Source: Patescibacteria group bacterium
GTDB taxonomy: Bacteria; Patescibacteriota; UBA1384; XYA2-FULL-43-10
Direction of reading: 5' to 3'
DNA length: 32,000 nucleotides
NCBI GenBank assembly: GCA_041674405.1
Contig: JBAYVT010000002.1
Span: forward strand, 30,001 to 62,000
A model generated the notes under the pieces. The model was given only the letters and a program-made list of their open reading frames with translations. It had not been told where the DNA came from and did no database searches. Of the stretch, positions 1 through 9,324 are shown in pieces (position 1 is the stretch's first letter; every line of letters starts with the position of its first letter). The position numbers and the translations under genes were made by a program.

Positions 1-673
1 CTTCAACCAAGACTTTGTCATCGTAATAAAGCGCGACTTCAATTTTATTTTCTAGATCCTTCTCATCCTTCACTTTCGCAATGCCGATTGAGGATCCAAG
101 ATGTACGGGTTTCACAAAAACCGGCCATTTCATTTTTTGGATTCGATCGACAATGAATTTTTTATTCGAATCCCAATCTTTTTTACGGAAAACTCCATAT
201 TTAGTTGTCGGAATTCCATTTACTTCACAAAGTTGCTTGGTAAGTGCTTTATCCATTGAAATTGCCGAGGACGCCACATCACAACCGACGTAGGGAACAT
301 CCAACATCTCAAACAATCCCTGTATTGTCCCATCCTCGCCATATGCTCCATGAAAAGCCGGAAAAGCGAGATCGATTGTGATCGATTTCCCAACAATCCC
401 CTTTTTCTTAAAGACCATTTTCCCGCGCGAATTCTGAAGGTCGAGAAGGTATTGTTTGAAGGAGGTTTTTTCTTCTATCCTCACCTTGGGATCGGTAAAA
501 CTGGCAAGTTTGCCCAAAGATTCATCAATCATCCATTCACCATCGCGCGTGATATATACTGGAACTACATCATACCCTAGTCCACAAAGTCCGGAAATTA
601 TCAACTGGCCGGTAATAATTGAAACATCGTGCTCGGTACTCCGGCTGCCAAAGAATACACCAATTGTTTTCAT
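1..673 (-). CDS. ddl: D-alanine--D-alanine ligase, N-terminal part (runs off left edge; absent from the ORF track)
   Basis: My own minus-strand translation from ATG at 673 reads MKTIGVFFGSRSTEHDVSIITGQ...AFHGAYGEDGTIQGLFEMLDVPYVGCDVASSAISMDKALTKQLCEVNGIPT...KPVHLGSSIGIAKV, which carries typical Ddl motifs. RBS-like AGGAG precedes it. Confidence 0.95.
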   Translation of the reverse strand, partial: MKTIGVFFGSRSTEHDVSIITGQLIISGLCGLGYDVVPVYITRDGEWMIDESLGKLASFTDPKVRIEEKTSFKQYLLDLQNSRGKMVFKKKGIVGKSITIDLAFPAFHGAYGEDGTIQGLFEMLDVPYVGCDVASSAISMDKALTKQLCEVNGIPTTKYGVFRKKDWDSNKKFIVDRIQKMKWPVFVKPVHLGSSIGIAKVKDEKDLENKIEVALYYDDKVLVE

Positions 674-683
674 GTTTCTCCTT

Positions 684-2066
684 TTAGATGTGCTGATCTC
701 CCCAATCATTTTGAAAAAGTATAACATCACCCGGTTGTAGAATCTTGGATAATGAATCATGCGCCGATTTCGCCGTTTCGTGCCAGATAATATTTTTATC
801 GTCAAAACCAGCATTTTTAAGTCCTTCGGCAATATATGGGGTCGCGCTATTTTTAATAAGAATTACCTTGTCGGCAACCGCTGATAATTTTTTGCCAATT
901 TCGGTGTGAACATTTTTATTTTGGCTGCCGGACTCAACCAAACCAGGAGTGATGAACAATTTACGCCTATCAGTAAATGTTGCAAGTACTTTGATTGCCT
1001 CTGTTACCCCTTGGGGGTTGCCGTTGTAGCTGTCATCAATCACAAGAACACCACCAGCACCCATGATTGGCTCAAGTCGGTGATTGACCGGTTTGATTTC
1101 GGAGATACCTCGTTTGATTTCAGCATTTTCCATACCAAGAGATTTTGCTACAAGATTGGCAGCTTGAACATCACCCAAAATGTATTCGCCCAGAATAGGA
1201 ATCTCAATTTCTCCCAGCTCTGCAATCTCCGCTTTCCAGTGTAATTTGTCCACATCAAACTTTTTTGCTTTAACATCATTCGTGCTGAAGAATTTGACTT
1301 CTCTTGTACTGCAGTATTTTTCGTAATATTTTTTCACATTTTCATCATCGGCGTTTAAAAACACTCTGGCATTAGGTTTTGCATTTTCCACCGCTTCGAA
1401 AATTGTCGCGGCAATTCTCTCGATGCTGCCAATCCGCTCAAAGTGTGCCTCGTTGATACCGCTAATAACTTGAATATCTGGAGGAAAGATCCCGGCAATT
1501 CGTTTATTATCACCTTGATATTCTTCTCCAAATTCAACAATTAACATCTCTGAAGTTTTCTTATAATTTTTGATTATCCACGAGCTCATGCCAACAGCAG
1601 TATTGATGCTTTCACCCGGTGCCAACACCTTATATTTTTGCTTGAGCACAGATTCTATTACGTTTTTAAGTGTAGTCTTACCGTAACTGCCGGCGATGCC
1701 GATAATTTTCAGCTTGGAATTTTTGACCAAATTCCGTGCTCGATTCATAACTATCTTCTTGGCCACATAATCAAAAGGGCTTAAAATCAGCAGCGAAAGC
1801 GTAAAATATATCGGCGCAATAAAAAACGAAATTATTATCCAGATAACGCCAGCCAATGTCCCGAGTGTTAAAAATAGGTAGGTCGATACCGCAAAAATCG
1901 CGAACGAAAGAAGTGCCAGAAGCATTATTTTCTTTGTCCATACTAATCTTTTTCGAAGCGGTACATTTGCTTTATAAAACCCGCGGCGAAACAAAAGCCG
2001 AAAGTACCGAATTATTTCGTAATTCTCAATTTGCAAAAGATAAAGCTGATATGTAAGTGGATTCAT
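684..2066 (-). CDS. murF: MurF-like Mur ligase with an N-terminal transmembrane region
   Basis: P-loop GIAGSYGKTTLKN, INEAHFERIGSIERIA, VIDDSYNGNPQG; two hydrophobic segments near residues 48-95. Confidence 0.8.
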   Translation of the reverse strand: MNPLTYQLYLLQIENYEIIRYFRLLFRRGFYKANVPLRKRLVWTKKIMLLALLSFAIFAVSTYLFLTLGTLAGVIWIIISFFIAPIYFTLSLLILSPFDYVAKKIVMNRARNLVKNSKLKIIGIAGSYGKTTLKNVIESVLKQKYKVLAPGESINTAVGMSSWIIKNYKKTSEMLIVEFGEEYQGDNKRIAGIFPPDIQVISGINEAHFERIGSIERIAATIFEAVENAKPNARVFLNADDENVKKYYEKYCSTREVKFFSTNDVKAKKFDVDKLHWKAEIAELGEIEIPILGEYILGDVQAANLVAKSLGMENAEIKRGISEIKPVNHRLEPIMGAGGVLVIDDSYNGNPQGVTEAIKVLATFTDRRKLFITPGLVESGSQNKNVHTEIGKKLSAVADKVILIKNSATPYIAEGLKNAGFDDKNIIWHETAKSAHDSLSKILQPGDVILFQNDWGDQHI

Positions 2067-2815
2067 TCTATAAATTCGTTTAGTAATTTAGTAAATTCTG
2101 CCGGCTTCTCCAAGAAACTAAAATGGCCGGCATTTTTGACAATTTCGAGACGTGAATCTTTTATTTTTTTATGTATTACTCTTGCGTCTTCGATCGGCGT
2201 AGATTCATCATCTTCTCCCCAAACAACTAATGTCGGTGCATCAATTTTTGAAAGAAAAACGCTCAAGTCTTCGCTGATAAGATTTTTGTAGGTCTCCCTA
2301 AGTTCGGACGTTTCAAGATAGTCCTCAGAACCAATCCGTTTATAAATTAATTTTCTCAGCCCTTGCATAAACTTTGGTTTGAAAAATGGCTTGGCAATTT
2401 TTGCCATTCGATTATAATTGTCAGCCTTCGGTGATCTAATGCCTGCGCTATCGACTAGGACTAATCGAGATACCAGATCAGAATATTCAACGGAGAGTTT
2501 GATCGCAATCCGACCGCCGAATGAATGTCCGACGATAATCACTTTTTCACACCCAAGCTTGTCAATCAATCCAGCGACGACTTTTGCATAATCGGACACG
2601 GTAAAGACCGTACTTGGCTTCGGTGAAGATCCAAATCCCGGTAGATCAACAAGATAAATTGAAAATAAATTCTGATCAATCGAGTCGGCAACATTTTTCC
2701 AAACCATGCCATCCGATCTCCAGCCATGCAAAAAAACAATGGCTTTTTTGCCAGTGCCAAATTTGTAATACGATACTAGCGTTCCACCAATATTAAGCTG
2801 CTCTTTCATAGCCAA
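2063..2815 (-). CDS. alpha/beta hydrolase
   Basis: GHSFGG nucleophile elbow, LHGWRSDGMVW, late D and H (VWGEDDEST..., NAGHFSFLEKP). Overlaps the murF-like start by 4 bp. Confidence 0.9.
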   Translation of the reverse strand: MAMKEQLNIGGTLVSYYKFGTGKKAIVFLHGWRSDGMVWKNVADSIDQNLFSIYLVDLPGFGSSPKPSTVFTVSDYAKVVAGLIDKLGCEKVIIVGHSFGGRIAIKLSVEYSDLVSRLVLVDSAGIRSPKADNYNRMAKIAKPFFKPKFMQGLRKLIYKRIGSEDYLETSELRETYKNLISEDLSVFLSKIDAPTLVVWGEDDESTPIEDARVIHKKIKDSRLEIVKNAGHFSFLEKPAEFTKLLNEFIE

Positions 2816-2867
2816 AATTATAGCAAAAATTGGCCAAAATAGCCATTATTTATGGCAAAGAAGCAAA

Positions 2868-3287
2868 TCAAAGTTTCGTTAGATATTCGAGCACTTTTGG
2901 ATGGATTGAGGTTGTAAAATATTTTGTAACTTCTGTCGGCTTTATCCACATAAGTTCTTTGAATGATTCCCCGGCTTGCTCCATCCCCTCATATGGCTCA
3001 CAAAGATAATAGATCGAAAGAAATTCCTGTTTTTCCGGATAGGTTTTGGCAAAAACGACTTCTTTAACGCGAACTTCAATTCCGGTTTTCTTTTTAACTT
3101 CTTTAATCAGACTGAATTCCAAATCTTCCTCATAACCCGGTCTGCCACCAGGAAAACACCATGAAAGCTTAGGAATGTTAGGGTCATTTTCACGCTTACC
3201 AATCAAAATCTTTTTTTGTTTCTCGTCGTAAACTATCGCCAACAAATTCACTACAAATACTCCTTTTCCAAAAATATTGAAATCCAT
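2868..3287 (-). CDS. Nudix hydrolase family protein with degenerate Nudix box
   Basis: GGRPGYEEDLEFSLIKEVKKKTGIEV resembles GX5EX7REUXEEXGU but has KK where EE is expected. Confidence 0.8.
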   Translation of the reverse strand: MDFNIFGKGVFVVNLLAIVYDEKQKKILIGKRENDPNIPKLSWCFPGGRPGYEEDLEFSLIKEVKKKTGIEVRVKEVVFAKTYPEKQEFLSIYYLCEPYEGMEQAGESFKELMWIKPTEVTKYFTTSIHPKVLEYLTKL

Positions 3288-3749
3288 TTACTTCCTTTCT
3301 TTTGATACAAATTTTAAGATACTGATGTTTGATATTTGAAAAATTTTAACTATTTCAACAATTATGGTTATCACTACCCCCATCATACTTAATATGATAA
3401 ATATTTTTACCATAAGATCGGTCCATGAAGGTGCCGAAACAGCGGAAAAATCAAATGGATATGTCAAATACAATGCGTACATAGGCATAATTGAAATTAC
3501 TGCCAAAAATATCAGTATGATATTTCTAAAGATTATTCGGTCATAGATCAGAAGAATAGTATTCCCTAAAATTTGGGCAAAAAAATTTAGAACGAACAGC
3601 AAGATAGCGGCAATAGCTGAGTCCTTCAAAAATTTTAAATGCCAGTCAGGTAACTTGTAAAAAATTATTAGCAATATGATGTTCACTAACATTGAAAAAA
3701 CGTAATCCACCTTGTGAGATTTCGCTGCTTGCTTAATCATTGTTTGCAC
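3288..3749 (-). CDS. small integral membrane protein of unknown function
   Basis: 153 aa, about four hydrophobic helices; directly abuts the Nudix gene. Confidence 0.65.
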   Translation of the reverse strand: MQTMIKQAAKSHKVDYVFSMLVNIILLIIFYKLPDWHLKFLKDSAIAAILLFVLNFFAQILGNTILLIYDRIIFRNIILIFLAVISIMPMYALYLTYPFDFSAVSAPSWTDLMVKIFIILSMMGVVITIIVEIVKIFQISNISILKFVSKERK

Positions 3750-3758
3750 TATAGCACA

Positions 3759-4355
3759 TCATTTTACTTCTGTCGCATTAGCAAATCTTCTTTCGCACAC
3801 TGACCAATCAATTGCATTTATGATTGCCTCAATGTATCCATCGCGCTTTGTACCGTAGTCCAGCATGTATGCATGCTCGAAGGCATCTACAACTAGTATT
3901 GGCTCGCATCCAGCAAGATGTCCGGTGTCGTGTTCTCCAACCCAGACATTGAGTAGTTTGTCACCGATTTTATCATAATAAATTACAAGCCAGCCGATAC
4001 CGCGCATCGTGAGCATTCGTTTAAATGATTCTCGCCACCTGTCAATCGACCCAAATTCGCTCGCTAAATACTTATGTAATTTCGAGGATGGATCTTGCTC
4101 TTTCCCGCTTTTGATTAAATTTCCAAAATATAGCTCGTGCAGCCGCATGCCGTTCCACTCCCAGCCCATCCGGCGCTTCAATTCGGAAAAACAGCGAGAT
4201 TCAAAATCACCAGATTCCGCCATCTTGGAATTTTCCTCGATTAGGCCATTGATATTCTTTACGTAACCCTGATAGAGAGTGAAATGATTTTTAAGAAGCT
4301 CTTCAGAAAACCCTTTTGTTCCGATCAACTCTTCAAAATTTTTTGCCTCATACAT
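3759..4355 (-). CDS. Fe/Mn superoxide dismutase family
   Basis: Metal-ligand contexts LLKNHFTLYQGYV, RLHELYFGNL, VVDAFEHAYMLDYG. Confidence 0.85.
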   Translation of the reverse strand: MYEAKNFEELIGTKGFSEELLKNHFTLYQGYVKNINGLIEENSKMAESGDFESRCFSELKRRMGWEWNGMRLHELYFGNLIKSGKEQDPSSKLHKYLASEFGSIDRWRESFKRMLTMRGIGWLVIYYDKIGDKLLNVWVGEHDTGHLAGCEPILVVDAFEHAYMLDYGTKRDGYIEAIINAIDWSVCERRFANATEVK

Positions 4356-4434
4356 GATCCTCCTTGTTTATAATAATTCAACAATAATTATACTACGCGG
4401 TTATTCAAATTCGTTCATAATTTCTTACAACAAA

Positions 4435-4470
4435 AAGCCTTGCACTGCCACTCCGGGAGTGGCAGTGCAA
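4435..4470 (-). terminator. Rho-independent terminator downstream of clpP-aminopeptidase
   Basis: 15-bp inverted repeat ttgcactgccactcc / ggagtggcagtgcaa (4440-4454 / 4456-4470); on the minus strand it is followed by GGCTTTTTG. Confidence 0.75.
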
Positions 4471-4490
4471 AGTTAATCAACGGAGTTTAC

Positions 4491-4526
4491 TTTATGGACT
4501 TTACGAACTTTACCGACTTTATGGAC
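4491..4526. repeat. four tandem 9-nt units (TTTAYSRAC)
   Basis: tttatggac tttacgaac tttaccgac tttatggac, immediately 3' of the aminopeptidase stop. Confidence 0.8.
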
Positions 4527-4529
4527 TAA

Positions 4530-5603
4530 TTATATCTTCCAGGCCCCATTTTCCTGTATTACTTTACCGTCGAGAATGATTTTACCCCTCTTCATATCCT
4601 TAACAATATCCCAATGGATCGCCGAGTCGTTTCCCCCACCATTTTCCTTGTATGCCATACCGAGAGCGAGGTGAATGGTTCCGATTATTTTCTCATCGAA
4701 CAATAAATTCCTAGTAAATTTTTTAATTTTGGGGTTCAGACCAATTCCAAATTCTCCCAAATATGATGAGTTACTGTCGGTCTTTAATTGTTCTTTTAAA
4801 AAATTCTTATTTTTTGAGCAATCTGATTTAATTACCTTGCCTTGATTAAATTCCAGATAAATATCCGGCACTTCTTTTCCCGCCTCAATTGCCGGGAAAT
4901 CAAATTTGATCCAGCCTTTTGCTGATTCCCGAACTGGTGCCATAAAAATTTCGCCACAGGGGATGTTGTCGCCTTCCATATCGTTGGCAACTTTATCACC
5001 ATGAATATCAAACTCAAGATCAACGTTTTTTCCCAAAAGATGAACGTGCTTGCCAGCCCTGAACTTACCGGAGACTTTGTTAATATTCTTTTTTACTTTA
5101 TCCCAATCTTGAATCTCTGCCCCAAATACAAAATCCTCGTATTCATGAATTGACATCTCCGCTTCTTGAGCTAAGGCCTGGCAAGGATAACCAACTGATG
5201 CACGTCTGATTTTTCCCCTCTCATTGCAAATATAGTTTGTTATCGGATGAGTCACCGATTCGCGTATCATCATTTTGGACGGATCGACACTGGTCATTTC
5301 TTTTGTATTGGAGTCGGTCACAATTCCAATGTAATACTGTGCATTTTTTGCAGTATAATCGAGAATTTCCGGAAATTTTTTTAGGTGATGATCTTTTGCA
5401 TATTTGTAAAATAATGGTCCAAGACCAGGCAATGAAAGTCGCAAAACCGGGTGTGCACCTGCTTTCAGAACTTCGATATAAAGCGCTTCTACAAATGCTG
5501 CCGCTTCTGTCGAGCCAGAAATTACAACATTTGAGTCGTGTTTCACCTTCAAAAAATATCTGACGACTAATTGCGCGAGCTTTTTTGTTCTTGGGTCAAT
5601 CAT
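4530..5603 (-). CDS. aminopeptidase, peptidase family M29 (AmpS-like)
   Basis: [46 protein letters not shown]. Confidence 0.88.
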   Translation of the reverse strand: MIDPRTKKLAQLVVRYFLKVKHDSNVVISGSTEAAAFVEALYIEVLKAGAHPVLRLSLPGLGPLFYKYAKDHHLKKFPEILDYTAKNAQYYIGIVTDSNTKEMTSVDPSKMMIRESVTHPITNYICNERGKIRRASVGYPCQALAQEAEMSIHEYEDFVFGAEIQDWDKVKKNINKVSGKFRAGKHVHLLGKNVDLEFDIHGDKVANDMEGDNIPCGEIFMAPVRESAKGWIKFDFPAIEAGKEVPDIYLEFNQGKVIKSDCSKNKNFLKEQLKTDSNSSYLGEFGIGLNPKIKKFTRNLLFDEKIIGTIHLALGMAYKENGGGNDSAIHWDIVKDMKRGKIILDGKVIQENGAWKI

Positions 5604-6181
5604 TTCGTAATAACCTTATCAATTAGACCATAGTCTTTTGCCATTTTGGCATCCATGTAGAAATCGCGGTCGAGATCTTTTTCGATTTTTGATTCGGATT
5701 GGCCAGTGTTTTGCGCCATGATTTTAGTCAGATTTTTCTTTGTTTTCAAGATATGCTCGGCATTAATCGCGATGTCAGAAGCTTGGCCTTCTGCTCCACC
5801 CAGTGGCTGATGAATCATGACTTCGGCATTTGGCAAGGCAAATCTTTTGCCTTTTTCACCTGAGGACAAAACCCAGGCACCGCCTGATGCCGCCATACCA
5901 ACACAGACCGTCGAAACTGGTGCTTTCACATAATTCATCGTATCGATTATCGCCAAAGTTGCTGTCACCGATCCACCTGGTGAATTTACGTACATATTAA
6001 TGTCTTTTTTTGAATCTTCCGAATCAAGAAATAAAAGTTGGGCAATAATAATATTGGCCAAATCATCAGTGATCGGTCCGCCCAAAAAAACAATTCTGTC
6101 TTTTAGAAGCCGTGAGTATATATCATAAGCCCTCTCTCCTTCAAAAGTTTTTTCTACTACCGTAGGAACTAGATATGACAT
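5600..6181 (-). CDS. clpP: ATP-dependent Clp protease proteolytic subunit
   Basis: [31 protein letters not shown] (Ser), [12 protein letters not shown] (His), DLDRDFYM (Asp). Overlaps the aminopeptidase start by 4 bp. Confidence 0.93.
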   Translation of the reverse strand: MSYLVPTVVEKTFEGERAYDIYSRLLKDRIVFLGGPITDDLANIIIAQLLFLDSEDSKKDINMYVNSPGGSVTATLAIIDTMNYVKAPVSTVCVGMAASGGAWVLSSGEKGKRFALPNAEVMIHQPLGGAEGQASDIAINAEHILKTKKNLTKIMAQNTGQSESKIEKDLDRDFYMDAKMAKDYGLIDKVITK

Positions 6182-6501
6182 GATTCTCCTTTGTTTAAAT
6201 GTGATATACCCACATTATGATAAATACCTGATATTTTGCTTAATAAAAAAATCAATATCTGTTAAATCAACATAGCAAAAACGAGCTTTGTCTTCAATAT
6301 ATAGATGCAAAATCGTTATACAGCACTTATTTTAGATAGCCTTTTTTGTGCAATATATCCGGGATATTTATTACTTTTGAACAAGGCAACTCGCCCATTG
6401 AAAATTATCGCCCCGATTACACAAGGGCGAAACCGCGCGGCACGGATATCATTCAGATACTTTTCGTCGATAGCTTTTTCCGGTTCTTGGATAATAATTG
6501 T

Positions 6502-7779
6502 TTAAGCGATAAAATCCATCATTGATACAGATTTTTTAGCCTCAGAATACTGATTGTAGCGCAAGCTTATGAAGATTCCGAAAGACAAAATGAATATCGA
6601 CAGGGCGACCATTGCTACAAATGGAGAAGTCGCATCCGATATTCCTCCTACTGCGAGAGCAGGGATCGACATCGCAAGATTGATAAGCATAGAAACAATA
6701 CCAAACACTCTTCCTCGGAAATGTCCTTCCGTTTTAATATGAAGGAATGTCTGTGCTGAGATATAAATAATGGAACAGCCAAACCCCAGAGCAATAACAA
6801 GCAGAGTTACAATCAATCTCGAGAAAATGAAAGTGTGATAAAATTTGAATCCTGAAAACATTAGCAGAGCCAAACCCACAGCAAGGAAAGGCCAATTAGT
6901 ACTAAAATCAAAATTAAATTTTCGCCGTCTCTCAAGGATATATGCCGCAATTATCATTCCGATACCCGCAGGAGCAATAACATAAGGACCAACCAATTCT
7001 GCCGGTAAGGATAGGACGCTCGTTCCGAAACCTGGCAACAAGACCACAAAAGAGCCCAGTGCGACCCAGCCGACGGTAAGTTTAGCCATCATTCTAAAAA
7101 TCTGGCGATTTTTTAAGCTATACGCTATTCCCTCTTTAGTCGATTTCCAGATACTTTCAATGTCCGGTGCGAGAGTTGAGAGAGATATTGGCTTGGTTTC
7201 TTTCAAATCATAGTTTGTCATCCTATTCACTGAAAGGGTTGCAATCAGATAAAACAAGCCGCAGATCAGAAACAAAAATAAGGGAGAACTAACTCTCATT
7301 ATCGGACCAGCCAGCGAATAGCCGACCAGAAGCGTTGCATATGTTGTCGTTACAATTAATGAATTCGCTGCGATCAATTTCTCCTTAGGCACTATGAGTG
7401 GAATTGAGGCTTGCTCGGCCGGAGAAAAAAATTGTGCAACAGAAGAAATTATAAATATAATTTCCAAGAGAGCCAAAACGTTGCTTTGGGCAAAGATTAG
7501 AAGAACTACAGCAACAAATCTTAGAAAATTGGTAAGTATCAAAATTTTCTTATAATTGAACCTATCCGCAAAAACTCCGGAAAAAGGCCCGAGAAGAACC
7601 GATGGTATTGCAGAAGCAATTAATACGAGTGAAATTGCGGTCGTCGAATTTGTAAGCTGATAAATATGCAAGATCAATGCAAAATTCAACATATTTAGAG
7701 CAACCTGCGAAGTCCATTGCGAAGTCCAGAGTTTGAAAAAATCTTTGTATTTAAGCACACTTACAAATGTAGATGACAC
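6502..7779 (-). CDS. major facilitator superfamily transporter
   Basis: 425 aa, about 12 hydrophobic segments, GPFSGVFADRFNYKKILILTNFLR motif between TM2 and TM3. Confidence 0.88.
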   Translation of the reverse strand: MSSTFVSVLKYKDFFKLWTSQWTSQVALNMLNFALILHIYQLTNSTTAISLVLIASAIPSVLLGPFSGVFADRFNYKKILILTNFLRFVAVVLLIFAQSNVLALLEIIFIISSVAQFFSPAEQASIPLIVPKEKLIAANSLIVTTTYATLLVGYSLAGPIMRVSSPLFLFLICGLFYLIATLSVNRMTNYDLKETKPISLSTLAPDIESIWKSTKEGIAYSLKNRQIFRMMAKLTVGWVALGSFVVLLPGFGTSVLSLPAELVGPYVIAPAGIGMIIAAYILERRRKFNFDFSTNWPFLAVGLALLMFSGFKFYHTFIFSRLIVTLLVIALGFGCSIIYISAQTFLHIKTEGHFRGRVFGIVSMLINLAMSIPALAVGGISDATSPFVAMVALSIFILSFGIFISLRYNQYSEAKKSVSMMDFIA

Positions 7780-7795
7780 GGACCCTCCGCGTTTG

Positions 7796-8995
7796 TTATT
7801 TCGTCAAAGTTTTTACCAGGTGGTCAAGAGCCTTTGCTCCCGCATCTTCCTTACTCGAATCAATTTTTTGGTCTTGAATAATTTTACCTAACATGAGACC
7901 AATTTTAACATTTTTGGTAGCCTGTTCGCGCATATCTTTGCGAATATCATCAATTTTTTTCTTCATATTTTCCAGATATTTTTCGAAACTCATTCCCGAA
8001 GATTCTACTTGTCCGCGAAAATGTTCTATCATTCTTTCTGTTTCCTGGATAATCAATATCTCGGGAATGTCAACTTTGAGAAGAGGTAATACTTTTTCGA
8101 TTACTGAAAGCTCAAGCTCGTTTTTGTATTTCGCATCAGTTTCTTTTTTGAGGCTATCCATGACAGCCGATTTTAATTCGGAAAATTTCTTGTGCCCATA
8201 ATGTTCTGCAAATTTGTCGTCGAGTTCGGGAAGGATGACCTCTTTGAGGTCTTCAAGTTTAACATTGAATTCTGCTTCCTTGCCGGAAAGTGTTTTCTCG
8301 TGATAATCTTTCGGAAATTTGATTTTAAAGGTTTTTTCTTCACCCTTTTTCATCCCCACAACTTCATCCTCAAATCCCGGAATCAGATTTCCTTCGCCCA
8401 AAATGATCGGGTGATTTTTTGAGCACATTGCATCAACTTTAACGCCCTTCTTAAAACCTTCATATGAAATTTCTGCCCGATCTCCCTTTTTTGCCGAGCG
8501 TTCAGCATCCTTAAATGTTGCTTTTTGTTTGCGCAAATGTTCTAAAATTTTTTCGACATCAGTTTCTTTTGGTTCTTCTTTTTTTGGTGCTTTCACTTTT
8601 AGTTTCGAATAATCCCCAAGCTCAATTTTGGGCATAACATCAATTTCGGCAGTATATTCCAAATTGTCCTTAATATCTAGTTCATCGATCGAAAAGTTCG
8701 GAGATTTTGTAATTTTGATATCTGGCTGCGATAGTGGCATAATTTTTTCGCTTGCAACCACTTCCGGATAACTTCCCCTTACAGCACAATCAATCCCTTC
8801 AGAAATGAGGCGATTGTGGCCAGCTGCAGATTCTACAATTTTGTACGGGGCCTTGCCGGGGCGGAATCCATCAAGCTTCATTCCGGATGCAACTTTTTCG
8901 TAAGCTTCACGAAAATATTTTGCAAGCTCTTTGGGTTCAACTAGAACTTCTAGTTTCACTCGGCTGTTTTTAAGATTTTCAAGTTTTACCTTCAT
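7796..8995 (-). CDS. tig: trigger factor
   Basis: GFRPGKAPYKIVE signature, central FKBP-like domain (GDRAEISYEGF...LIPGFEDEVVGMKKGE), helical C-terminal region. Confidence 0.93.
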   Translation of the reverse strand: MKVKLENLKNSRVKLEVLVEPKELAKYFREAYEKVASGMKLDGFRPGKAPYKIVESAAGHNRLISEGIDCAVRGSYPEVVASEKIMPLSQPDIKITKSPNFSIDELDIKDNLEYTAEIDVMPKIELGDYSKLKVKAPKKEEPKETDVEKILEHLRKQKATFKDAERSAKKGDRAEISYEGFKKGVKVDAMCSKNHPIILGEGNLIPGFEDEVVGMKKGEEKTFKIKFPKDYHEKTLSGKEAEFNVKLEDLKEVILPELDDKFAEHYGHKKFSELKSAVMDSLKKETDAKYKNELELSVIEKVLPLLKVDIPEILIIQETERMIEHFRGQVESSGMSFEKYLENMKKKIDDIRKDMREQATKNVKIGLMLGKIIQDQKIDSSKEDAGAKALDHLVKTLTK

Positions 8996-9064
8996 AATAT
9001 TCCCAACAATAAAATAATAATTTACTCGTATAGATTATCATATTAAGACTAGGATTGAAAGTCT

Positions 9065-9094
9065 GGTAGCACAGGCGGAACCGCCTGTGCTACC
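9065..9094. repeat. perfect 14-bp inverted repeat with 2-nt centre
   Basis: ggtagcacaggcgg-aa-ccgcctgtgctacc. Confidence 0.85.
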
Positions 9095-9118
9095 GACGGC
9101 AGCAGAGGGTGTGGGACG

Positions 9119-9271
9119 TTATCCGGGCCAGTTGGCCGGATCGTTGTCGGGGTCGTAGGTGACTGGCTTAGCCCGTTTGCGGGCATCATTCAGGATGATC
9201 AACAGGTCGGCAAACGGCACATCGGGTACTGAGTCCGAAGCTACCTGGTAATCGCCGGCATAACCACACAT
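9119..9271 (-). CDS. hypothetical small protein (50 aa), below the ORF-track length cut-off
   Basis: ATG at 9271 preceded by CCAGGAGGTAGTTTT; translation MCGYAGDYQVASDSVPDVPFADLLIILNDARKRAKPVTYDPDNDPANWPG*. Confidence 0.5.
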   Translation of the reverse strand: MCGYAGDYQVASDSVPDVPFADLLIILNDARKRAKPVTYDPDNDPANWPG

Positions 9272-9324
9272 AAAACTACCTCCTGGTCCTTGATTCCCTC
9301 TTGCATTTTATATATCACTTTAGA

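Noticed and set aside
6305-6505. 66-aa plus-strand ORF MQNRYTALILDSLFC...
   Set aside because: No RBS, overlaps the MFS 3' end; the opposite-strand in-frame continuation is at least as protein-like.
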